Source of the DNA: Callorhinchus milii
Lineage: Eukaryota
DNA: 64,000 nt
Reading direction: 5' to 3'
Assembly: GCF_018977255.1 (NCBI RefSeq)
Contig: NW_024704743.1
Coordinates: forward strand, 38,690,001-38,754,000
In this document: in pieces, positions 36,333 through 47,579 of the stretch
Layout: each line of letters begins with the position of its first letter
Numbering within the stretch: the stretch's first letter is position 1
The notes under the pieces: model-generated
What the model was told of the DNA's origin: nothing
Databases searched by the model: none
The model's input: the letters and a program-made list of their open reading frames with translations, nothing else
Translations under genes and position numbers: made by a program

Positions 36333-36906
36333 CATTTGATATACTGTAGAACCTTACCACTCCATTGAGATGTCTCAAAGTGCTTCATCATATTTTTTTG
36401 TGAAGTGTAGTTACTGTGTATGCTGTAGGTAAATGTGGCTGCCAATTTGCGCTTACCACAAACAGCCATGAAGTGAATGACCAGTTTTATTTGGGGGATT
36501 GTTGGCCAGGACACCAGAGGAAGCTCCATTCTCTTTTTGAATAGTGCAATTAGATCTTTAACATGCGCCTGAACAGGCAAATGAGACAGTCCTCAGTTTA
36601 ATGTCTCATCTGAAAGACAAGAGCTCTGACAATGTGGTGCACCAAGCATTGTATAGGAGTATAAGCCTATACTATGTGAGTTCAACATCCAATATGGGGT
36701 TTGAATCCAGAACAACAACAACAACTTGGATTTATATAGCGCCCTCCACGCAGGACGGGGTCTCAGAGCGCTTTACAGTTTGGGATCCGGGACCGAGCCA
36801 GGGGGAGGGGTGGGAAGGTGACCAAAGACGCAGTCGAAAAGAAAGGTCTTCAGCAGAGAACCTTCTGATTCAAAGGCAAGAGCTCTCAACTGAGCCAGGG
36901 TGACAT
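36333..36906 (-). mobile_element. SINE family B with an L2 3' fragment (36711-36856) inserted in its head
   Basis: The head is split after ttgaatccagaa and resumes at aaccttctgattc; the insert has a (CAA)n tail and gcgccctccacgcagg. Confidence 0.85.
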
Positions 36907-36924
36907 CTAACTTCAGAATTTTAT

Positions 36925-37212
36925 TGTCATGATTCTTGAGAAAATAGAGAGCTATTGGGATGTGGAATAAAATTTTGAGGGAAGTCTAAAGCAAGGAAAC
37001 ACAGATTACAGGGAAATGTAAGGGGTAGAGGCAGAGTCCAAATGTGGGTTTCAAGATGGACGTAGACAGAGGCTTGAAGATGTATGGGGATAAGACAGAG
37101 CAGTGGGATTGAATGAGCAGTGGGATTGAATGAACAGCTTGCTCTGAGAGCCAATATTGACTCGATGGGCTGAATGGTTTCCTTCTGTAATGCAAATTTC
37201 CATGATTCTATA
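36925..37212 (+). mobile_element. CR1 3' fragment
   Basis: ttcaagatggacgtagacag...gatgggctgaatggtttccttctgt...ccatgattcta. Confidence 0.7.
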
Positions 37213-38037
37213 ATACCTAAATACTGGCAGCGGAGGCTAGAAGATTGATCTGAAGACCAACCAGGCGTCTATTCTCTCAGGCATTTGACCAGTTCTGCTG
37301 CCTTTATTTTAGTACTGATGACAGGAAGATGGAATCCCACAATAATTCCATAGGCATAATGTATCTGATGCTATCACACCACTTTCACAATTACATTATT
37401 ATTTCCATGCATGCTCTCGCTGGGAGACGGAAGCAACTTACTCTGATCATATTTGACAAACAGGTAATGGGATAATTTGGTTCTAGGAAATTTTGTCTGT
37501 TTCACTTTGTGGGTTGCCTCTGGATGCAAATCTGTCATGTACAAGTGGCTTTGAATGAATGTTTGAAGGTTTGAAGAGGCTGTCGCTTATATTCAGGGCT
37601 GAAGCCCTGTTATCTGTGTTTCCTTAATTTAGACTTCCCTCAAAATGGACAGCAATTACTTCTGAAGACATTTCAACATTATAGGTCTTATAAATAATGC
37701 AAATATTACATATTATTATGTTTTATTTTTGCTTTCTGTTACATTGCATTATGTGTTAGCCTGGCTCAGTGGTAGCACTCTCACCTCTTTTTGGGTCAGT
37801 CCCTACCTTGGACTTGAACACACATAGTCTAAGCGGACAGTGCAGTGTTGGGGTGTATTGCACTGTTGGAGGTGCTGTCCTTCATATGAGATGTTAAACT
37901 GAGGGCCTGTCTGGCTCTCCAGGTGGTCGTTAAAGATCTCATGGAACTATTTGAAAAGAGAAGCAATATTCTCCTGGTGTCCTAACCAACTACCCCTCAA
38001 ATAAACAAAACACAAACCGGAAGCTCAGGGTTGTACT

Positions 38038-38321
38038 GGAGTTTACTGCATTCGTTGCTCATGATGTGGTCTTCTCTACATTGGGGAGACAAAATGTAGA
38101 TTGGGTGACCAATTTGTCGAACATCTCCGTTCTGTCCGCAAGCACAACCCTGAGCTCCGGTCTCTTGCCATTTCAACTCTCCCTCCCACTTGCACTCTGA
38201 CCTCTCCATCCACAGTCTCCTATGCAGTTCCAATAAACCACAGGGCAAGCTCGAGGAATAGCACCTCATTTATCTGCTAGAGACTTTACAGCCTTCTGGT
38301 CTCAAAAATTTCAGACCATAA
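38038..38321 (+). pseudogene. PLE GIY-YIG endonuclease C-terminal domain, decayed (2 stops, 1 frameshift)
   Basis: Manual translation: GVYCIRCS*CGLLYIGETKCRLGDQFVEHLRSVRKHNPEL / VSCHFNSPSHLHSDLSIHSLLCSSNKPQGKLEE*HLIYLLETLQPSGLKNFRP*; absent from the ORF track. Confidence 0.9.
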
Positions 38322-38322
38322 C

Positions 38323-39655
38323 TTAGTCTTAGAACGTGTTCTTGCCAATCAACTTCGTGCACACCTCTCCTCCCACTCCCTCTTCGAACCCCTTCAATCC
38401 GGTTTCCAAGTTGCCCACAGTACAGAGACTGTGCTTGTGAAAGTCACAAACGACATCCTCTCTATCTGTGACCAGGGCTCCCTCTGCCTCCTTGTCCTCC
38501 TGGACACAGTCGATCACACCATCCTCCTCCACCGCCTTTCTTCCATCATCCACCTCAGTGGGACCGCACTCGCCTGGTTCGAGTCCTACCTCACAAACCG
38601 CCAGTAGTACATCTGCACAAACGGCTTCTCCTCCCGCTCTCACCTGGTCACCTGTGGGATACCCCAAGGATCCATCCTTGCCCCCTTCCTTTTTCTGATC
38701 TACATGCTCCCTCTTGGGGATGTCATCTGCAGACATGGGGTACATTTCCACATGTATGCGGAGACACCTAACTCTATTTATCCACCTCTCTTTGCGACCC
38801 CCAGTCCCCTGATGTTCTGTCAGATCTCAGGGGCTGGATGAGCACAAATTTCCTTCAGCTGAATGTTGACAAGACGGAGGCCATACTCGTCAACTTCTAA
38901 AATCTCACGGCTCTCACCTACTCCATCTACCCGACCTTCCCCTAAAACTCTCCGAACCCGTACGCTACCTTGGAGTCAGGTTTGACCCCCAATTGTCCTT
39001 CCTCCCCACATCCAGTCCCTCACCAGCACCGTCTTCTTCCACCTCCGACGCATCGCCCGCCTCCGCAAATACCTCTCTCCGAAAGCCGCTGAAACCCTGG
39101 TCCATGCCTGTGTCACCTCTCGGCTGGACTAAGAGTAACGCCCTCCTCACCGGTCTCCCATCCACTATCATCCATAAAATCATTCAAAACTCTGCCGCCC
39201 GCATTCTCACCCACACCAAACTCCTCTCCCAGATCACCCCAGTCCTTCCAGACTGCACTGGCTGCCTATCTCAGAGAGCATCGACTTCAAGATCCTCACC
39301 CTTGTATTCAAATCCCTCCACTCCTCTGCACCCCCTACCTTTCTGACCTCCTCTCTCCTCAAAACAGTACCCGTTGCCTTCATTCCTCCGGGTTTGGCCT
39401 CCTCCTCGTCCCCCAAGTCCTCCGCTCCACCCTCAGCAGCCGTGCCTTCAATCACTATGCCCCGAGGCTCTGGAACTCCCTTCATCTTGCTCCCTCTCTT
39501 CCTATTTTCAGGTCTCAGATAAAGACCTTTCTCTTCGACCGTGCCTTTGGTCACCTTCCTCCCCATCCCTCTAGCTCGGCGCCGAGATCTACCGTAAGCG
39601 CTCTGACATGCCATCCGGCGTGAAGGGCGCTATATAAATCCAAGTTGTTGTTGTT
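38323..39655 (+). mobile_element. L2 LINE inserted into the PLE
   Basis: LQSGF...HSTETVLVKVTND, GIPQGSILAP and HMYA motifs, (TTG)n tail; ataac on both flanks (38318-22, 39656-60). Confidence 0.92.
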
Positions 39656-39946
39656 ATAACAGCTCACCTTCCCCCTCTTCTGTGACCACATCATCTTGGT
39701 CCTAGACACACCTTTTCTCTCCCTGATCAGCCTGTTTTGTTGCAAGTTTTCTTTCCCCCCCTTTGTTCTGCAGTATTAACACCTCTATTCCCCTCCTTTG
39801 CTGCAATCCCCCCCCTTTGTTTTGCATCATTAACAACTCTTTAATCCATGATCCCCTGTCCTCTACCCAATTTTCTCTGTTGTCTTCCTCGCCCTGCCCT
39901 TCCCCCCCTCTGTTAGCCCTTAAAAGTCTCTCCCTCCCAACATGCC

Positions 39947-39987
39947 CGAGTTCTGACGAAGGGTCGTGGACCTGAAACATTGACTCG
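39947..39987 (+). ncRNA. Minimal type I hammerhead ribozyme of the PLE
   Basis: Stem I cgagtt / gactcg; core CTGACGA (39953-59); stem II agggtc-gtg-gacct; GAAA (39974-77); vestigial stem III catt, probably a CpG-decayed AACGTT palindrome. Confidence 0.8.
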
Positions 39988-40559
39988 CTTTCCTTTCTTC
40001 ATAAATGCTGCCTGACCTGCTGAGTGTTCCCAACGACTTCGGTTTTTGTTTTCACCCTTCAAATAAAATTTGGTCATTCACTTCATGGCTGTTTGTGACA
40101 CATTGCAGTGTGCAATTGGCTGCCATATTTCCTTACAAATACAGAGTCATTCCACTTCATAGCAAATCTTGTGAAGTGAAAGACACTATACCAAATGCAA
40201 GGATTATTATTTAACTACATGGTGTTTCATTATGTTGCTTTGCACAAGACATTGTAAACAAGATTCATTAGTTAAAATATGCTTTAAAAGACAATGAATA
40301 TTGTTTTAAAAAATGAGCTACGTCTGCAGTACTGTGGCGAAGCAAATTAAAGACATGTTGCTTTGATTCAAGTAATGGAGAAGTGAAAGCATATTTTATC
40401 CAAAAGCTCAAGTACAGTAAACAGTTTTTGGAGGATTATGGGTTTATTTTATTACATTATTTCAAACCAATCATGAGCTCCCTCAATCTGGCCAAGAGGG
40501 CCTTAGCAAATCTCTGAGAGATCATTTTGCCTGTCACTCTTGAAAGGCACAGGGTGCAA

Positions 40560-41430
40560 TTTTATTTTAGTGAGCTGGGTGTCTAATACACGTTGAAACC
40601 CATCATAGTGCGTAAGAATATCCAAATCAAACTGAGAATTCCATGCATCACACCCATACTTAGAAATTCCAGAGATATTTATTAGAGTGGAATCTGTACT
40701 CTCTCCCTATAGGACCTGTGGAATCCTGTAGCGTATTGGTTAGACCACATGCCTTGCAAGCGAGAGGACCCGGGTTTAATTCCCGGGCAGAGCAAAACCT
40801 TAGGCAAGTTTCCTTACTCTACACTCTTCTGTTTTCCTAGCAGTAAATGGAACCCGGTTGTTAGTTGATTGGTGGATCGTTTTCCGGGGATAATAATCTC
40901 TCCAAAAAAACTGGTCACCCAATCCATGTTTGTGGAATACTGCTGTGGGCAATTGGCTGCCATGTTCCATCCACAAAATATACAGTCAATTCACTTTATA
41001 GTATATTCTGTGAAGCACTTTGAGATGTCTCAATGTGATAAGATGCTATATCAAATGTAAGGATTATTATCATTACCTAATTCCAGAAAGTTTTAGGCAC
41101 AAGTTGGCAAGAACCAACTTCAGAACTTGCGGATCCCAGAAAGTGTGTTGGGGCACTGCTGGAGTTAACCAGCAAAAACCCTATAGCTTACCATTGAGAG
41201 CACTGTCTGGCAAGCTTTCTCATTACTTGTAAAGCTGGTACCATTCTACTTGCTACAATTTTGGCTTGGAGGGTTAACGGAAGCTGAGTGGGAAGTGTCC
41301 CTACCCCCTGTGTCTCGTCCAAATCCTGCAGATGAGCTAGACTGGCTGCGCTGTCATCAGCAGTGCCTTGGAATACTGAGGACCCGACTGAGGGCTGGTT
41401 AATTTTTGACAATCTGTTGCCAAACATGTG
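40560..41430. repeat. Unclassified interspersed repeat, copy 3 (contains SINE A)
   Basis: Aligns to the reverse complement of 34680-35225 and directly to 356-575. Confidence 0.8.
40718..41074 (+). mobile_element. SINE family A long form
   Basis: gtggaatcctgtagc head through aaggattattatc tail; acct on both flanks. Confidence 0.9.
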
Positions 41431-42114
41431 AACCTTGGAGTCAGTTCAAATCCAAGGAGACTCTGCTTACCTCCCACCAAGGGGATTGTCATTAGTTGGT
41501 CATTTAACATCTGACAAGCATGGGTTTTAGCCCTCACTAGGTGAATGGCAGGTACCAGGAGCTCCCAGCAAGCTGCCAGGTGGATAATGCATCTCAGCAT
41601 GAAACGTATGAGAGCATTGCCACCGTCTTCCTGCCCATAGCTAGGACACACATTCTTTCCCATTGAGCAAAGGTTGAACCAGTTGTAGGTGCAGAGTTTA
41701 AACAGCAGCTCTTTACCTCTCTCCAAACCAATCAAGGTGGATGTACGAACGTGTGTTCACAAACTTGGACTCCAGGTAACACCTTCCAGCAGCTGTCATC
41801 CTGAGCTTCAGAGTTTCCTCGTCAGCTATTTGACAGACATCTGCTTTCAGCATGTTAGATGGGCCTTTACAGGACAGCTGCAACATGCCAGCCACTTTGA
41901 TGTTCTCTTGAGGTTCATGTTCAATGCTGTGTACCAGGTTTACTCAGCATCAGCTGCTTAATCCAGGTCCTCTTGTGGAGGGGCCTTGGCAAATAGATGT
42001 GCTAACAGGATGCAAACATCACTCATCTCCAGTCAAATGCTTCCATGGGGAGGGGAACCTTTACAAAGAAATATAATTCAATAATAAATGTCAGCTGCAA
42101 CTTCCTCAAACCAA

Positions 42115-42335
42115 ATTGACCTCTGCAATCTCCTCAAACAGTACTGGCCCAGCTGCTACTTTCGTTCCATGGCTACTAGCCTGCTTCATGCCCCTGCCTT
42201 ACTTACCTCTTCATCAGCAGTCAGGCTTTCAAACTGTCTGCCCCCACTCCCTGGAACTTTCGCCCTCCAACTCCCTCGCCTTTTTAAGGTCCATCTCAAG
42301 ACCAACTTCTTTGATGGCATATTCTGTAATTTTCA
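42115..42335 (+). mobile_element. Old L2 C-terminal remnant
   Basis: LCNLLKQY...FKVHLKTNFFD. Confidence 0.6.
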
Positions 42336-43144
42336 AATCCTTTTTCCTTATTTGTAGTTTTGTCTTCACCTCCTTATTCATGTAGTTTTGTTAATATTTT
42401 AGCTTTAGTCATACCTAACTTGTATCTAATATACAATACTCTATTTATTAAAAAAAACTTGGAAAAAATAACCCTTTATTTCATCCCTTGTTCTGTCTTT
42501 ATCTTGGAGGTGGGAGTACTGTTACAAATTAGGCTTTCAATTGGCTGAAATCCAGCTCCTAAACTCATTTTCCAGCCAGTTTGTACCATAAGTAAATATT
42601 TTATACACTTTTGTGGATCAATCAGGAAGGATTGCTCTGCAGTGTATGTGAACGAAGGACTCTTGTTGTTGTTGTTGTATTGGTCAAGCCACACACTCAG
42701 TAAGTCCTCCCTTTGTAAGGTATTATTTTGATAGAAGGTTTGGTTTCAATAGAAAGGGCCAGTGTCCCATCACCATGACTTTGTCTACAGATGCTTTCAT
42801 AGAAAGGGTGACTTGTTTGTTTATGGAAAGGCTCAGAACTGCATAGATGGTCTCCATGCCAGCACAATCCAGAGAAACAAGCCAACAAATAGCAAACACA
42901 GATGTTTGCAGTGACCTGAAACAAGGCTTATGATGTGACCTTAAAAGTGAACACACTCGAGAGAAGACAATAGTTGTGTTTTATTTACCTTCTGTTTATG
43001 GTAGAAGCCTGTACCATACTCAGTGTGACACAAAGACATGGTCTGGTGCTTAAACACTAGCATTTGCCTCAGCATTTGAATCATTGCCTGGATCTTGTTG
43101 CCTCTCTCAATGTCACCACAAAGCTTACTGCTTTTTAACTGAGG

Positions 43145-43987
43145 GGGAAATGTTTCTCCAGTTGAATATTGATAAGTTGGAGGATCAACTGCTTGTCTCC
43201 CGTCAATACCTCCTCATCTCAGGTGCTGACAGCATCACTATTCATGGATGCACACTCCAAGCCAGTACTTCTTCAACTATCAACTGTCCTTTAAATCTCA
43301 CATCCATGCCATGACCTGTTCAGCCTTCCCCCACCTCTGCATCATCGCCTGCCTTCACCACTATCTCTCTCTTCAGGTCGTTGAAACCCTTATCTATGTT
43401 TTTATCACTTCCAGACTTGACCACGCTGACTCCCTGGTCCCTGGGCTTCCTAACTCTCCCTCCAGAAGCAGCTTATTCAGAACTCTGCAGCTCATGCCCT
43501 CTCCCACATTAGACTGTGAGCCGATCATCCCCATCCTCCGTATGCCCCAGAGGATCCAGTTCAAGACCCTCATCCTCACGTTTAAATCCAATGATTTTGC
43601 CCCTCCCTATCTCTGTAACCTATAAAAATGTTACCGACCTGTCGGTTTCCTCTGCTCAGCAGGCTCTGGCTTTCTCCAGGTTCCCTCTCTGCCTGCCCTA
43701 CTTTCGGTGGTCTGGCTTTCAACATCTCTGCTCCCACCTAGTGGAACTCCATCCGGGAGTACCTTCACCTTGCCTTCTCCCTTGCCTCCTTCAAGACCCA
43801 TCACAAGACCTTCCTCTTTCACCATGCCTTCAGTCTTCTTCCCATTCGCATCACTTTGCCTTCCATCCCTTCTTCCCTTCTTGAATGCAACTCTCAGCTC
43901 GGGTGCAGACACTTGACTGTCCATCACCTTGGGGTATTATCCTGACGTGAAATGTTCTGTATAAATGCAATTTATTGTTGTTGTTGT
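43145..43987 (+). mobile_element. Old L2, 5'-truncated
   Basis: FLQLNIDK, ETLIYVFITSRLDH, QRIQFKTLILTFK; (TTG)n tail. Confidence 0.88.
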
Positions 43988-44151
43988 CTGAGGACCGATG
44001 ATTATAAATGATTGCATACCTTTGTAGGCCACTGTTAATATCCTTTTGCTTAATATTATCACAAATATATTTTTTCTTCAGCCGTTTCTTACACGCAAAC
44101 AAAGATCCTTTAATTATCAGTTTTTCTGTGTACAAATGCTTTCCCATAATT

Positions 44152-44211
44152 GGCTTGGGACGTCCGACATGAAAGGCGCTATATAAATGCCATTTATTTT
44201 TGTTGTTGTTA
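44152..44211 (+). mobile_element. L2 3' tail only
   Basis: cttgggacgtccgacatgaaaggcgctatataaatg...ttgttgttgtt. Confidence 0.7.
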
Positions 44212-44476
44212 TCAAGAGCAGATCTGAGATGGAATCAGCATCTGAGCATACGTTCATTACACTGAAGGAAGAGTCTATGTCTTTCCAGTCAACTTGACTT
44301 TGGTTCTATGCATTTTCCATGTAACACGAATACAAAATATGTCTGTTACACAAACCAAAAGTAACACCTTCAACATAGAGATAAAAGCAAATAGGCACTG
44401 AATCAAAATGCATACACGTAGTGCACGGGAAGTGACATCAGTAGCGGCCTGACAACCTGGAAGTTGATCATGTTTT

Positions 44477-44546
44477 CAACAACAACAACAACAAGATTCC
44501 ATTTATAGAGCGCTTTTCACGTCGGGAGGACGTCCCAAAGCGCTGT
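44477..44546 (-). mobile_element. Young L2 3' tail only, with the T-A stem variant
   Basis: Minus strand reads agcgctttgggacgtcctcccgacgtgaaaagcgctctataaatggaatc(TTG)n. Confidence 0.9.
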
Positions 44547-45574
44547 CCCAAAGTGTTCATTCTCCACATGAGTCTCCACCTACTCCTTACTGCCTCCCAT
44601 ATCCTTCTATTCCCTTCTGAATGCGCAGGATATGGTAATTCAGTTAATTTGCTAAATTTAATCAGGCCAATTTACTGTAAGTCATTCAGCTTTGTGTGTA
44701 TCAGCTTTCATGGTTTTGTACAGCTAGGACTTCAGTTATTTGAGTATGCAGGAAAGTTTTTCAATTGTTTCAATTTATATTTAGAGGATATTTGGCTGTA
44801 ACACTATATATTTCCATTCTGTTTTCTGGCACTCCTTTTTAGCATTGTCCTGATGGTTGCCTCCTGACCTAAAACAAACATCTTCCCAGAACTTTACATG
44901 GAGTTTGTAAGCTTTAAAGCATAAGTGTGTGTAATCACCTTATTTTTAAAGGGTGGAAGTTCTTACTACAGTAAAAGATGCTGCTAAAAGTACACCACTT
45001 CTGATCAGCTGCGTTCTGCAGGGTGGCATGGTGTTTTAGTTGGAGTGACAGGTCAATCATTATCCATTCCCTTGTGTTCTTTATAGCCTGAGTACAGTAT
45101 TTACATAGAGCAGTTTGATTCTGGACATTGTACTTGTGTTGCCCTGTACATTGTTTTTAATAAAATCTAATAAAAAACACATTTAGTTTTTTGTGGATAA
45201 CAAGATCAGGTAATTCCAGTGGGAGGGCTGTACCAACAAAAACATGTATGAACAACTGTAAAGCCTTATTCCCTCATGGTCTTCCAGAGTCTGAACATTT
45301 ATTTGGAACATTTGTCATCCTGAAGGCTAGACGATTTGGTTGCAGGCTTCTTTTGAGTGAGCTTGTGGCAATCAGCGAAAGGCTTGTATCATTTAAAATG
45401 CTCTCTGGTGCACCTCATTTTTTGACATTTTCTTTTCCGTGTTCTTAGTGTAAAGCGTACTCGATACAGATCAGGATCGAGTAGCCTATATGTAATCAGC
45501 AGGGGAATACTTTCTCAGTGTGAGAGATACAAATCAGTCTTTGACAAGGATCTCTGTCCAAGTATACTTTTGCC

Positions 45575-45680
45575 TGCAAAATACATAGTCAAACTACTTT
45601 ACAGTATATCCTGTGAGGCGGTTTGAGACAGCTCGACAGCGTGGTAAGGCACCATATCAAATGCAAGGATTATTATTATT
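45575..45680 (+). mobile_element. SINE 3' fragment
   Basis: actttacagtatatcctgtgagg...atatcaaatgcaaggattattatt. Confidence 0.7.
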
Positions 45681-46034
45681 TTTCAGGGTCTTTCTATAGA
45701 AAGCTTTGTGTTGGAGCAACTCGGTGCTGCAGGTAAACTGTCATTTTGCTTGTTTTTTTGAACCCAGGGCAGCCTTTGGGGTTCAAGGGAATGGCTCCAA
45801 AAGATTGGGCCGTGAACAGTCTATAAATGCCATTTTGTAGTAAAATGGCAAAGTAGATAGGGGCGAAAATTACTTGCTGTGGTATGATAATTATTCCCAA
45901 TGATAATTAAACCTCACAGTTTTCACTTCAGTGCTGCTTCCATTCCTCTCTGTGCTTCTTGTATTGGTAGCTGAAAATAGATGAATGGGAATCTTTTACT
46001 GGGTGATTTATTGCACTGCATCTAAAACTCCATA

Positions 46035-47432
46035 ATGCATTGTACGGCATTGTACCGGCCCATCTCCAACCTCCCCTTTCTCTCCAAAGTCTTGGAAAGA
46101 GTTGTCGCCTCCCAACTGCGCTCTTTCCTCTCCACCCATTCTCTTTCTGAACCCCTTCAGTCAGGTTTCCGTGCTGCTCATAGCACAGAAACTGCCCTGG
46201 TCAAGGTCACCAATGACATCCTGACCATCTGTGACCAGGGCTCCCTCTGTCTCCTCGTCCTCCTCGACCTATCGGCAGCATTCGATACGGTCGACCACAC
46301 TATCCTACTCCACCGCTTGTCCTCCCACCTCAACCTTCAAGGCACTGTCCTTGAATGGTTTAGCTCTTACCTTTCTCACCGTCTTCACTTCGTCTCAACG
46401 AATGGCTTCTCCTCCACCCCCCGTACTGTCTCATGTGGTGTCCCTCAGGGCTCTGTCCTCGGTCCCCTCCTCTTCACCCTCTATATGCTCCCCCTTGGTG
46501 ACATCATCCGCAAACATGGGGTTAACTTCCACATGTATGCGGATGACACCCAACTCTACCTTTCCTCCTCTACTCTCAACTCCACGACCACCGATGTCCT
46601 GACAGCCTGCCTGTCCGACATCGAGTCCTGGACGAGAGACAACTTTCTTCAGCTCAACGTGCAAAAAACCGAGGCCCTCCTGATTGGCTCACGTCAGCGC
46701 CTCCGCACCTCAGGCGCTGACACCATCAGCATCCAAGGCTGCACTCTCCACCTCTCAAAGCCAGTCAGGAACCTCGGCGTTTTGTTCGACCCTGAGCTGT
46801 CCTTTCTCCCTCACATCCGCACCACAACTGGCACCGCCTTCCATCACCTCCGGAATATCGCCAGATTACGGCACTACCTCACCCCTCACGCTGCTGAAAC
46901 CCTGGTTCACGCCTTTGTCACCTCAAGGCTGGACTATGGGAACTCTCTCCTCGCCGGCCTTCCCGCCACCTCCCTCCACAAGCTGCAGGTCATTCAGAAC
47001 TCTGCAGCTCGTGTACTGTCCCGCACCAGGCTTCGGGACCACATCACTCCCACCCTCGCTCGCCTCCACTGGCTCCCCATCCCCCAGAGGATTGATTTCA
47101 AGATCCTCATCCTCACCTACAAGGCCATTCACGGCCTTGCTCCCTCCTACCTCTCCAACCTACTATCCCCCTACCTACCTGCCCGTACCCTCCGTTCCTC
47201 TGGCTCCGGTCTGCTCCACGTCCCCCGCCCCAACCGCCCTACTATCGGTGGTCGGGCCTTCAGCCTCTCAGCCCCGAGGCTCTGGAACTCCATCCCCCAG
47301 TGCCTTCGCCTTGCTTCCTCCCTTTCCTCCTTCAAGGCCGGTCTCAAAACCTTTCTCTTTGACCGTGCCTTCAGCTCCCCTCTCGACTCTCTTCCTCCTC
47401 CTCGCTCCCTCCCTTCCCTCCCCTCACCCTGA
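46035..47432 (+). pseudogene. L2 ORF2 reverse transcriptase plus C-terminal domain; open frame but N-terminally truncated, with the ATG supplied by the flank
   Basis: [59 protein letters not shown]; no endonuclease domain. Confidence 0.93.
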
Positions 47433-47579
47433 CCATTTCCCCCTCCTCTCTCCCTCCCTTCCCTCCCCTCACCCTGACCATTTCCCCCCTGCTCGGGTCA
47501 TGACCCAACTGTGCAGCGCCTTGGGACGTCCTCCTGACGTGAAAGGCGCTCTATAAATGGAATCTTGTTGTTGTTGTTG
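46053..47579 (+). mobile_element. Young L2 LINE of about 1.53 kb, 5'-truncated
   Basis: Uninterrupted ORF2 3' half, duplicated 3' UTR unit, stem-loop, (TTG)n; candidate TSD ttgtacg. Confidence 0.97.

Larger units (their letters stand above)
38006..40053 (+). mobile_element. Penelope-like retroelement (PLE), 5'-truncated, interrupted by L2
   Basis: GIY-YIG remnant, pyrimidine-rich 3' region, hammerhead, short inverted termini caaaacacaaaccggaag / cttcggtttttgttttc, TSD. Confidence 0.88.
37753..40213 (+). mobile_element. SINE family B acting as host (37753-38005 and 40054-40213), split by a Penelope-like element
   Basis: Head and core precede 38005 and the remainder follows 40054; 14-bp TSD acccctcaaataaa / acccttcaaataaa. 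Confidence 0.85.

Noticed and set aside
46684..47556. Long Pro/Ser/Thr-rich ORFs (also 13664..14332, 33239..33985, 5540..6247)
   Set aside because: These are alternate frames of C-rich L2 ORF2 sequence that lack stops for compositional reasons.
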